A stretch of 64,000 nucleotides of DNA. It comes from Chamaesiphon sp. GTDB lineage: Bacteria; Cyanobacteriota; Cyanobacteriia; Cyanobacteriales; Chamaesiphonaceae. The DNA lies in NCBI GenBank assembly GCA_965246715.1, contig CBDFFH010000052.1, forward strand, positions 64,001 to 128,000. Reading direction: 5' to 3'. Both the position numbers and the translations under genes were made by a program. Positions 33,336 to 42,253 of the stretch are shown here, one piece after another. The notes under the pieces were generated by a model that was not told the DNA's origin, searched no databases, and was given only the letters and a program-made list of their open reading frames with translations. Position 1 is the first letter of the stretch, and each line of letters opens with the position of its first letter.

Positions 33336-33664
33336 TAGTTGACAGTTGACTGTTATCAGTTTAACGGGTGGGATCTAATTTTTCTGGAGATCGGGTCTCT
33401 TTGGCACTATCAATAATAAATAAAACTCCAGGTCTCATCTTGGACTGAGTGTAGATGACGGGTTTGAAAGTCCCCAAATTATTGCGATCTGGATGTAAAA
33501 TTGTTTTTACTACTCTAAAATTTAAAGACTTAAGGTGAGTTATAACCACGCTTAGTCAGCAATCGATCGCTTCACTCGCTAAGACAGTCACAGGTACATC
33601 GAACAACAATGCAATAAAGCTAGAACGAGACAATATCACTTTTCTATATGAAACAGGTTCTTTT

Positions 33665-34711
33665 AAATCCAATTTTTGGTCAGCCACACCAGATGTAACA
33701 CTTAAATCTGGTGTGTTTTTGCTGATGATTTCTATTATTGCTGCTTCAGTAGGGTTGCGATATGATTTTCAGGAGATTACCAATATTTTGCGATGGACGG
33801 GTACCTGGATTACTGGACTCGGTACGCTAGCCAGTATTTTAGCTCCGTCAATTGCCAGGGCGGACGAAGGAAATTGGAATGGTATTTTAGCTCACAAAAA
33901 CGTGTTTGCTTTTTGGATTGCTCTAACAGCATCATTATGGTTTTTTCATGCAATCTATCATCGAGAAACCCGGTGGTGAGCTATTGGCATCAGCCTTACC
34001 TGTCTGGTAGTAATGATTTTTGCAGGTTCGGGAATGGCAAAAATCATGTTTTTAGTAACGATCGGAGTATTGTCTATTTTTTATGTACTTAAAAAAATAG
34101 ACTTTCGGAAAGTTCTCACCACTCTGATTATAACGATTGTCATTGCGATCCCATCGCTCCGTTGGGTATTGATAAACAAGCAATTTATTTTTGCTTCTCT
34201 CGGTAAGGATGCAACATTGACGGGCAGAACAGATTTTTGGCCTCAAGTTATCGACGCAATCTGGGAACGTCCATTGGTTGGCTATGGTTATCAAGGATTC
34301 TGGCAGGACTGGCGCGGAAGTGAAAATCCTGCCGCTCACATTATCAATCACAATGGATTTGTTCCACCTCATTCACACAGTGGTTACTTGGAAATACTGT
34401 TAGCACTAGGCATAGTTGGCTTAATATTGTTCGCATTTTCACTGATTAATAATATCGTTAAGCTTTTTGCTTGTATGCCTTACACCAAGCACAATGAGTT
34501 TGAAATTGCGGTTCTATTACTGATTTTTATATTAATGTCAAATTTTTCGGAAGCTGGGCTATGGGGAATTACACACTATACCTTTCTGTATGTGTTCCTG
34601 ACAGTTCGACTTCAGATCGATAGCACCAGATTTAAAAGAAATAGATCGATTGACTCACTCGATCGCGATCGACAGGAACAGACCACTTTTATTCAATTCA
34701 CTAAAAAATAA
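33665..34711 (+). pseudogene. O-antigen ligase/polymerase family, 5'-truncated with an in-frame TGA
   Basis: FWSATPDVTL, WNGILAHKN, TLTGRTDFW, PPHSHSGYLE; TGA at 33977-33979 splits one reading frame. Confidence 0.8.
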
Positions 34712-34935
34712 TTTTTAGGTAGTAATAGTGCATATTCTCAATAGTCTTATCTTATTGAAAATGTAATCGCTACGATCCAATGGCTTCGTTTTAATTATTT
34801 TTCGATCGCGTGGACTAGCGGAATGTGGGTTTAACCGATCGAGATGCACGATCGAACTCTATCGATCGAGCAAACCCAATAACATTTCGATCGAGTATTC
34901 AATTTCAGCAGATCGATCGTCGTAGCTCAAATACT

Positions 34936-35307
34936 TCAATTTAATTGCTTGACAGGAGTAAAGTGCCCTAACAAAAATTCCTCTAAGTTTTCATAAACTA
35001 CTTGCACACGATTAGCACTATCTCCATGTGGCATCACTGCTGTAATTTCTAACATTGCTTCATTTGGAGGATATTGACATAAAACTCTAATAATAACGTT
35101 ACTGATTTGGGTATTTGGATTTTTATTTTTAAAATCATCGCTAGTAATAAAATATACATACGTACTGAGCTTATCAGTTAACAGTGTATAGCGTTCTATC
35201 TCATTTTTAGTGCCGCCACTATCCACGATATATAATTCTAATCCATTTGGAATATCTTCCAGCGATTTAGCAACTATATCGATTGTATCAACACTCTGTA
35301 AAGCCAT
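34936..35307 (-). CDS. AT-rich hypothetical protein
   Basis: intact 123-aa ORF; TIDIVA...LYIVD...LTDKLSTYVYFI. Confidence 0.6.
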   Translation of the reverse strand: MALQSVDTIDIVAKSLEDIPNGLELYIVDSGGTKNEIERYTLLTDKLSTYVYFITSDDFKNKNPNTQISNVIIRVLCQYPPNEAMLEITAVMPHGDSANRVQVVYENLEEFLLGHFTPVKQLN

Positions 35308-35375
35308 CTGCTCATAATCCTAAATGAAGTACAGTATTAGAGTTCCCTGAGATTTACAAGAAATTTATGTTTTAG

Positions 35376-38207
35376 TTACTCAGCTATAATCAATCTCGAT
35401 CGAACCACCTTCACCAACTGCAATTCCACACCAGAAACCTGTTCAAACATAAACACCATCTGTTCTGGACGCAACAACGTCCCATCATTCGCACAACTAC
35501 CCACATATTTCAACTCCACATCTTTCTCACCAGCACCTTTCAGCAACTCCAATTCATACAATCGATCGCGTAAATTAATCTGTGTATTTTTACCAGATTT
35601 AGACTTTTTATCCTGAATAATTTCCTGACTAGCTAACACCGCCGCGATCCAAGCTTCCCATTGGGGAGGTGTTTCGCTAGCTGATGAAACAGTAATCAGA
35701 TATTCTGCTTGAGAGATTAATGCCGAAGCAGCAGGTTGTTTGAGATCGACAGATTCTACTCGATAGATCGGAATATCTGCGGGTAATTGCGCTGCTAATT
35801 TGGTGTGAAATTCTGCTTCATCCATCATGCTGGTGAGTTCAAAATCGGCGATTTCACCCGTACTTGTCGAGCCTAATGGTAAAGCGTTGGCAATCATGAT
35901 GCGGGGAGCGGGATGGAAGCCCCCACTATAAGTTACAGGGATACTGGCGCGGCGGATGGCTCGATCGAAGAGTTTGGCTAAATCTAAATGCCCGATTAGG
36001 GACATTTTGCCACTTTTGCCAAACCAAACGCGCAGCCGCTGGGCTTTGTCGGTGTTGGGGCTGAATTGTCCAGTGAATTCGGGAATGGGGAGGGGTGGGA
36101 CGATGACATTGTGCCCGAAATCGGTGCCACACACGCCGCAATGGGAGCAGCCATCAAATGAGCAATCAGGGACGATGCCAGCGGCGAGGGCGCGTTCGAG
36201 GTCGTCTTGGAGCCACTTTTTATCGATGCCCGTGTCGAGGTGATCCCAGGGGAGGGGGGCGTTGAGGTTGTGGGGGAGGGTGATTGGGTTGTTTGTGGGT
36301 GGCGGGGTGGGCAGGGTAACCATTAAGGGCACCCCTACGGATTCTGGTGTGTTGATGGGATCTGTTTGTGCGGATTCGCCTGTGGCGATGCGGGACTTGA
36401 GTTTTGGGGCGCGACTATTAATTACAGATATTGGCGCAGCACTAAGATCTGTAGGGGTATCCCTTGTGGGTACCCTGCCATCGTCGCTACCCACACCAAA
36501 TCCCTGCTTATCACCCGATAACCCAACGGATGAATCATTCTCAAATATATTCCATTCGCCATTTTCGACGCGGCGATATTTCCAGTCTAAACCAGCTTCG
36601 TCGATCGCTTGTGCCCAGGCACCGTAGGCTTTTTCCAGACTTTCCCACCAGGCATCCATACCTGCTCCGAGTTCCCAGGCGCGACGGATCACGGGGGCGA
36701 GAGATCGATCGCCTCGTCCGACAAAATCTTCCATAGCCGAGATCCGCACGTCGGTATAATTGACTTTAACGTCGCGCAGATTGTAGAACTCATTTCTGAG
36801 TAATCGTTGTTTGCGATCGAATTCGGTGGTGGAAACTGAATGCCATTGGAAGGGGGTATGGGGTTTGGGGGTGAAGTTGGAGATCGTGATATTAAAGTGC
36901 AAAGTGCGTCTACCTTTTGCCCAACATTCCCGTTTGAGCCAGCGCACGGTTTCGGCAATCCCGACGACATCAACATCGGTTTCACCTGGCAAACCGATCA
37001 TAAAGTAGAGTTTGATCTTATCCCAACCCTGCTCGAAGCCAGTCTTCACGCCGCGCAGCAATTCTTCATTCGTCAAACCCTTATTAATAATATCCCGCAA
37101 CCGTTGGGTACCCGCTTCCGGCGCGAAAGTTAAACCACCTTTGCGAGTACCGCCGATGATATTGGCGATATCTTCATCAAATCTATCTACCCGCTGACTG
37201 GGGAGGGAGAGCGAGATATTCTCATCCTTGAGCCGATTCTTGATTTCCAATCCCACGGCGGGAAGGGCGAGATAATCCGAGCAACTAAGCGAGAGGAGCG
37301 AGAACTCATCATAACCCGTCGATCGCATTCCAGTCTCGATCGCATTAATTACCGCTTCCGGCTCCACATCCCGCGCTGGGCGAGTCAACATCCCAGGCTG
37401 ACAAAACCGACAACCACGGGTACAACCACGGCGAATTTCGATGGTTAAGCGATCGTGGACGGTTTCGACATAGGGCACCAACCCGATCGAGTATGCTGGA
37501 ATCGGGGTAGCTACTCTTCTCAAAATCCGCTCTGGTACGTCGGGATGATTTGGCTTCACACTCCCATCGGCGTGAGAATCGTAAAATTGGGGCACATATA
37601 CGCCCGGAACCTGAGCCAGATCCAATAATAAATCGCGCCGACTCAACCCCGCATCTTTACCATCTTCAACCACCAACCCAATTTCGGGTAATAACTCTTC
37701 CCCATCTCCCAGGGCAATAAAATCAAAGAAATCCGCGTAAGGTTCGGGATTGGATGTCGCCGTTTGTCCCCCTGCAAAAATCAGCGGATAATTACCCGCC
37801 TCACGTTCGCGCCACGTCAGGGGAATTCCGGCGAGAGTCAACATTTCTAATATATTCGTCGCACCCAGCTCATAGCTGAGACTAAAACCAAGGATATCAA
37901 ATTCAGCCAGAGACTGCTGCGACTCCACCCCAAATAATGGTGTCTGAGTATCGCGTAACTTCTGCGCTAAATCCGCTGCGGGTAGATAGGCTCGATCGCA
38001 CAATTGGCGCGGCTGGGCATTGATAATACTGTAGAGGATAATATGCCCCAGATTGCTCGCCCCGACTTCATATATCTCTGGGTATGTCAGTGCCCAGCGA
38101 ACTGTCGCACTCTCCCACGGTTTATGCACCGCGCCGAGTTCGTTACCGAGGTAACGCGCGGGTTTGAGGATTTCAGGAGTAATGAGACTATCTACTGCAA
38201 CTGCCAC
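35376..38207 (-). CDS. B12-binding radical SAM protein (TIGR03960-like) fused to a TIGR03936-like domain
   Basis: KPARYLGNE, YPEIYEVG, RGCTRGCRFC, C-x4-C-x2-C-x2-C, HLDL..LFDRAIRRA...SGGFHP; GTG start 38207. Confidence 0.9.
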   Translation of the reverse strand: MAVAVDSLITPEILKPARYLGNELGAVHKPWESATVRWALTYPEIYEVGASNLGHIILYSIINAQPRQLCDRAYLPAADLAQKLRDTQTPLFGVESQQSLAEFDILGFSLSYELGATNILEMLTLAGIPLTWREREAGNYPLIFAGGQTATSNPEPYADFFDFIALGDGEELLPEIGLVVEDGKDAGLSRRDLLLDLAQVPGVYVPQFYDSHADGSVKPNHPDVPERILRRVATPIPAYSIGLVPYVETVHDRLTIEIRRGCTRGCRFCQPGMLTRPARDVEPEAVINAIETGMRSTGYDEFSLLSLSCSDYLALPAVGLEIKNRLKDENISLSLPSQRVDRFDEDIANIIGGTRKGGLTFAPEAGTQRLRDIINKGLTNEELLRGVKTGFEQGWDKIKLYFMIGLPGETDVDVVGIAETVRWLKRECWAKGRRTLHFNITISNFTPKPHTPFQWHSVSTTEFDRKQRLLRNEFYNLRDVKVNYTDVRISAMEDFVGRGDRSLAPVIRRAWELGAGMDAWWESLEKAYGAWAQAIDEAGLDWKYRRVENGEWNIFENDSSVGLSGDKQGFGVGSDDGRVPTRDTPTDLSAAPISVINSRAPKLKSRIATGESAQTDPINTPESVGVPLMVTLPTPPPTNNPITLPHNLNAPLPWDHLDTGIDKKWLQDDLERALAAGIVPDCSFDGCSHCGVCGTDFGHNVIVPPLPIPEFTGQFSPNTDKAQRLRVWFGKSGKMSLIGHLDLAKLFDRAIRRASIPVTYSGGFHPAPRIMIANALPLGSTSTGEIADFELTSMMDEAEFHTKLAAQLPADIPIYRVESVDLKQPAASALISQAEYLITVSSASETPPQWEAWIAAVLASQEIIQDKKSKSGKNTQINLRDRLYELELLKGAGEKDVELKYVGSCANDGTLLRPEQMVFMFEQVSGVELQLVKVVRSRLIIAE

Positions 38208-38360
38208 AATATTGGTTCCTATGCTATGGGATCGAGTGCGGACATTTCGGATCTCTATGATAGCGTCTAACCAACAAGCGGGAGACACGGAGCGGCTTGA
38301 ATGTTAGGATTATAATGGGAACTCAAACTCAGTTATTTTCCAAAGAGTGAAAACCAATCT

Positions 38361-38774
38361 ATGGCTCGCGATCTGTTTCACAATATTGTTAGGATAGCGT
38401 TAGAAAAAGATGGTTGGATAATTACTAACGATCCTTTGAGTATTCGGTGTGGAGGTGTCGATATTCAGATCGATTTAGGCGGAGAGAAACTACTTGCAGC
38501 AGAAAGAGATAAACAGAAAATTGCTGTAGAAGTCAAGAATTTTGTCACAGCCTCAAAAATTTCCGAGTTCCATACCGCATTAGGACAGTTTATCAATTAT
38601 CGGACGGCACTAAGATTGGAAGAGCCAGAGCGCATCTTATATTTAGCAGTACCCTTGGTAACTTACAACGATTTTTTTAATTTGCCATTCACTCAAATAA
38701 TCATAGATGAGAATCGAGTAAAGATATTAGTTTACGATACTGAATCCGAGGAGATCGACAAGTGGATAAGTTAG
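38361..38774 (+). CDS. xisH: XisH family protein
   Basis: MARDLFHNIVRIALEKDGW.IT.DPL, IDLGGEK, IAVEVKNF, ALGQFINYR. Confidence 0.92.
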   Translation: MARDLFHNIVRIALEKDGWIITNDPLSIRCGGVDIQIDLGGEKLLAAERDKQKIAVEVKNFVTASKISEFHTALGQFINYRTALRLEEPERILYLAVPLVTYNDFFNLPFTQIIIDENRVKILVYDTESEEIDKWIS

Positions 38775-39097
38775 AACTGTATAGATCGATAGTTGTAGAG
38801 ATATTAGCTAAATACTCTCAATATAAGCCCAGCTATGGACAAGTAGAGATCGAACAAATTTTCGATCGAGAGCACGATCGATATCTATTACTTGCTATCG
38901 GTTGGAATCAACAAAAAAGGATATATGGTACGACGATTCATCTAGACATCCAGGATGAGAAAATCTGGATTCAACAAAATACGACCGAATTCGATCTGGC
39001 TAACGATTTAGTAGAGATGGGTGTACCGAAGCAGGATATCGCGATCGGGTTTCATACTCCTAAAATGCGCCAATTAACAGAGTTTGCAGTGGGATAA
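38762..39097 (+). CDS. xisI: XisI family protein
   Basis: MDKLELYR, IHLDIQDEKIWIQQN.TE, GVPKQDIAIGFH; overlaps the xisH end. Confidence 0.92.
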   Translation: MDKLELYRSIVVEILAKYSQYKPSYGQVEIEQIFDREHDRYLLLAIGWNQQKRIYGTTIHLDIQDEKIWIQQNTTEFDLANDLVEMGVPKQDIAIGFHTPKMRQLTEFAVG

Positions 39098-39108
39098 ACC
39101 TGTCAATT

Positions 39109-39189
39109 CACCGCACCGAGTTTGTTACCGAGGTAACGCGCTGGTTTGAGGATTTCAGGAGTAATGAGACTATCTACTCCAACTGCCAC
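39109..39189 (-). pseudogene. duplicate of the first 27 codons of the radical SAM gene
   Basis: 81 bp with 4 mismatches to 38127-38207; reads MAVGVDSLITPEILKPARYLGNKLGAVN*. Confidence 0.9.
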
Positions 39190-39312
39190 GATTTTGCCCC
39201 TGGTTCGGATTGATTGGGCGATTATCTATGGTAGCGCGGATTCTTTGTCTGAGATTGGGAATATTGATTGTAGTGTTATTTCACTCGATCGACAATGATA
39301 AGCAAATCCACC

Positions 39313-39876
39313 ATGCAATTTAACATCAAGCTTTTAGAAGCAAAAAAAGCGATTGGTATTCCCACGTTCAAACGAGACAATCTTCTAATAATTGCGTTAA
39401 CAGATCCATCAACACTAGATTGTCCTGAAATTTCTGTGCATGAACGAGAAAATCGTAAAAAACAGTATCGACGACTTGCCCTACTTGGGGATGCTTTGTT
39501 TGATGCTGTATTGATAGACTATCTATTTGAAGTCAATGCCGAGCTGACAAAGGAAGATATAGATGATTGGAGACAAGAAGTTGCTTCTAGAAAATATTTA
39601 ACAGAATTTGCGATTGAATTAGGATTGCCTAACTTTAGCTCTTCATGGAGTAAGAAAAACCGTAAACCTCCTACGGAAGAGCCTGGTCTTTGGGGTGAAA
39701 TGTTTGAAGCAGTTATTGGAGCTATTTTCCTAGATCGAGATCGTGATTTTAGTCAGTTGTCTGGGTGGTTACAAAATCGCTTTATTCGTCCCGCTATTGG
39801 TAGTAAAGTTGGAGATGAAGACTATAGTGGATATTATGATGATTCTGATACATATTATACTAAGGACGAATTTTAA
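39313..39876 (+). CDS. stand-alone RNase III-domain protein
   Basis: ALTDPS, RRLALLGDALFD, GEMFEAVIGAIFLD; no dsRBD. Confidence 0.8.
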   Translation: MQFNIKLLEAKKAIGIPTFKRDNLLIIALTDPSTLDCPEISVHERENRKKQYRRLALLGDALFDAVLIDYLFEVNAELTKEDIDDWRQEVASRKYLTEFAIELGLPNFSSSWSKKNRKPPTEEPGLWGEMFEAVIGAIFLDRDRDFSQLSGWLQNRFIRPAIGSKVGDEDYSGYYDDSDTYYTKDEF

Positions 39877-40079
39877 CGGTTTTCAGTATATGTACATGGA
39901 TATTTCCCATGTGAAAATGATGATTAAGGGTTGATTCTGGAGAGGGCGGGTTTATGCTAGGGATATTGAAATGTACTGATTAATCTTGAACGAACCCGCC
40001 CATCATCTCTAGATATATTCGACTATTTGGGTTTGTAGGTTATGGATTCGATAAGGGTGGGGAATTGGGGACTCGATCG

Positions 40080-40430
40080 TTACAATTCTCTCATCCGAAT
40101 TTTGTTATTATCGATCGTGCTGAAATGTCCTGCCCAATCACTACGCATTTCAAGCACAGATATGATTTTTTCAGTGAATATAATACTCGATGGCGATTGA
40201 ATCCGAAATAGAATTATGCCGCTAGTGGCGGGAAGCTCCGTTACAAAAGCAAGCTCACCAAAATCCTTATCAAAGGTCAGTAAAATCCGATCTTCTGCTT
40301 GAGCAAACTTTAGCACCTCAGGATCGGAAATCCCTGGCGATGTTGTGCGAATCCAAATAACATCATATCTATTCGCCTGTAATGCCCGTACCGCAAAGCC
40401 TGGAAAATTTTCATCCGCAAGAAAGCGCAT
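40080..40430 (-). CDS. DUF5615 PIN-like toxin
   Basis: MRFLADENFP, D.EVL..A..EDRILLTFDKDFGEL. Confidence 0.88.
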   Translation of the reverse strand: MRFLADENFPGFAVRALQANRYDVIWIRTTSPGISDPEVLKFAQAEDRILLTFDKDFGELAFVTELPATSGIILFRIQSPSSIIFTEKIISVLEMRSDWAGHFSTIDNNKIRMREL

Positions 40431-40433
40431 AAA

Positions 40434-40661
40434 TTAGGCAGGAATGGGGTATACTTTTTCGGTTTTGAGAGCTTCACTCGCATAGCTCAAACAAGCGCGG
40501 ATATCTTCGGTCGTAATCTGATAATTTTCGATAATATCCTCTGTACTCCATCCTTGAGCGAGAAGATCGATGATAAATTCGACAGCCAGACGAGTTCCTT
40601 TGATGATGGGTTTACCAACGAGGATCTTGGGTTCAACAACTATTCTTTCTTGCCAGTTCAC
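40434..40661 (-). CDS. DUF433 antitoxin-like protein
   Basis: PKILVGKPIIKGTRLAVEFIIDLLAQG...EDIRACLSYA. Confidence 0.9.
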   Translation of the reverse strand: MNWQERIVVEPKILVGKPIIKGTRLAVEFIIDLLAQGWSTEDIIENYQITTEDIRACLSYASEALKTEKVYPIPA

Positions 40662-40806
40662 GATCGACTACCTCCATACAACTAATTTCTATTTTATCGT
40701 GTCTCGTTCGCGTTGGCGCAGCGTACCGGAGGTAATCGAACCCGCCCGTCATCTCTAGACATGTTCGATCGATTCGGATTTGTGGATTGTAGTAGGGTGG
40801 GCATTG

Positions 40807-41050
40807 CCAGCCCTTTTAATGTGACAAAAACAACACACCTGTAACCTCGGAAATCCGTCATCAGATCGATCGAGACTAGTGGTTGAGTGCCCCTCTTCGA
40901 AGCTTGCGCGCCGTCTTCGGCGGTCGAAAAACTGCTCATAATTCGCTCGAAGAGGGGCATGCCATAATTGAAAATGATTCAAAACCGCATTCTATCATCG
41001 ATCGAAAAACAGTAGCAAAACAGTAACTTCTGTCACATTAAAAGGGCTGG
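40807..41050. mobile_element. MITE, 20-bp perfect TIRs, 10-bp target-site duplication
   Basis: CCAGCCCTTTTAATGTGACA / TGTCACATTAAAAGGGCTGG flanked by GTGGGCATTG at 40797-40806 and 41051-41060. Confidence 0.9.
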
Positions 41051-41435
41051 GTGGGCATTGCCCACCACTTCAAATCGAGACGGATCGATGACTTTAGCTT
41101 TTTATCTCGCTCATTGGTACGATCGTTATCAGATCGATCGCGATTATTTGGCTCGATCGAACATCATGATGCAATCGATCGCGTTGACTCGAGATTTGGG
41201 AGGGTAGTGTTCCAGATCTGTTGTTCAAGGAATATTTAAACCAAAAGCAAAAGGATTTGAGGGCGATCTTGCAGGTTTTTACACGTATTCTGTCACTATG
41301 CATTAATGTGCGATTGCTTGTAAATTATCGATCGTTGGCAAGATCGTAAATGATAGAGTTAGTGGGCAAAAAATTAGTATCGATCGCTGCTTAATTGACA
41401 AAGATTTGTCCACCCTACGGCAGGATATCTAGAAC

Positions 41436-42197
41436 TTACCCAGGGGGAACGCTACGCGAACAGTCGCCAAGCAATAATGCGGCTTCAACTAGCTGACAGT
41501 AATGAGCATGAGTAGGCGAGAGCCGAAAAGAAGACTGACGGGGACACGGGACATCGATCTCGATTGAATCACTAATCCTACCTGGATTTGCTGACATTAC
41601 CAATACTCGATCGGCTAAATACACCGCTTCATAAATATTATGTGTCACAAAGATGGTCGTCCAACCCGATCGATAACTCAATTCTAATAATTCGCCATTC
41701 AGCTTCGTTCTAGAAATTTCATCTAAAGCACCGAAAGGTTCATCCATTAATAATACTTCTGGTTGTGTCACCAATGCGCGTGCGAGCGAAACCCGCATTT
41801 TCATCCCGCCTGAAAGTTGAAATGGATAATAATTCAAACAATCTGGTAACCCGACGGTAGTCAGCGATTCTCTAGCGATAGATCGGGCAATCGATCGCGA
41901 TTTACCCATCAAGCGTAGCGGTAAAGCAACGTTATCCCAAACATTTGCCCACGGCATCAATCCCGCTTCTTGAAATACAAAAGACAATCGCGGTGATATT
42001 TGTTGTCCCCAACTAATCGTCCCCCGATCGATCGATATCAGTCCTGCGATCGCCTGTAATAATGTACTCTTACCGCACCCAGAAGCACCGACAATTGCTA
42101 CAAATTCTTGCGGGGCGATCGTCAAACTAATATTGTCAAGAATCGGTCGGCGATCGCCATAGCTTTTACTAACGCGATCGAGGATTAAGGTTGTCAT
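41436..42197 (-). CDS. ABC transporter ATP-binding protein (TauB/SsuB-like)
   Basis: GASGCGKST, LSGGMKMR, MDEPFGALD, FVTHN. Confidence 0.9.
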   Translation of the reverse strand: MTTLILDRVSKSYGDRRPILDNISLTIAPQEFVAIVGASGCGKSTLLQAIAGLISIDRGTISWGQQISPRLSFVFQEAGLMPWANVWDNVALPLRLMGKSRSIARSIARESLTTVGLPDCLNYYPFQLSGGMKMRVSLARALVTQPEVLLMDEPFGALDEISRTKLNGELLELSYRSGWTTIFVTHNIYEAVYLADRVLVMSANPGRISDSIEIDVPCPRQSSFRLSPTHAHYCQLVEAALLLGDCSRSVPPG

Positions 42198-42253
42198 AAA
42201 TACTCGATCGATTAGAGCAAATAGCGATAAATCTTGAACTGTCCAGCATCAAT

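Noticed and set aside
33361..33660. Possible gene fragment upstream of the ligase pseudogene
   Set aside because: Could not be assigned to a family on either strand with confidence
38208..38288. N-terminal extensions given in the ORF track (also 996, 3396, 4725, 13058, 22071)
   Set aside because: Recognisable family sequence starts at downstream codons and the extensions cover intergenic or repeat DNA
38127..39189. DGR template/variable repeat pair
   Set aside because: The four mismatches are not confined to adenines, the repeat is at the gene's 5' end, and there is no reverse transcriptase
40694..40982. ORFs 40694-40960 and 40755-40982
   Set aside because: They lie across the MITE and REPs and show no transposase motifs
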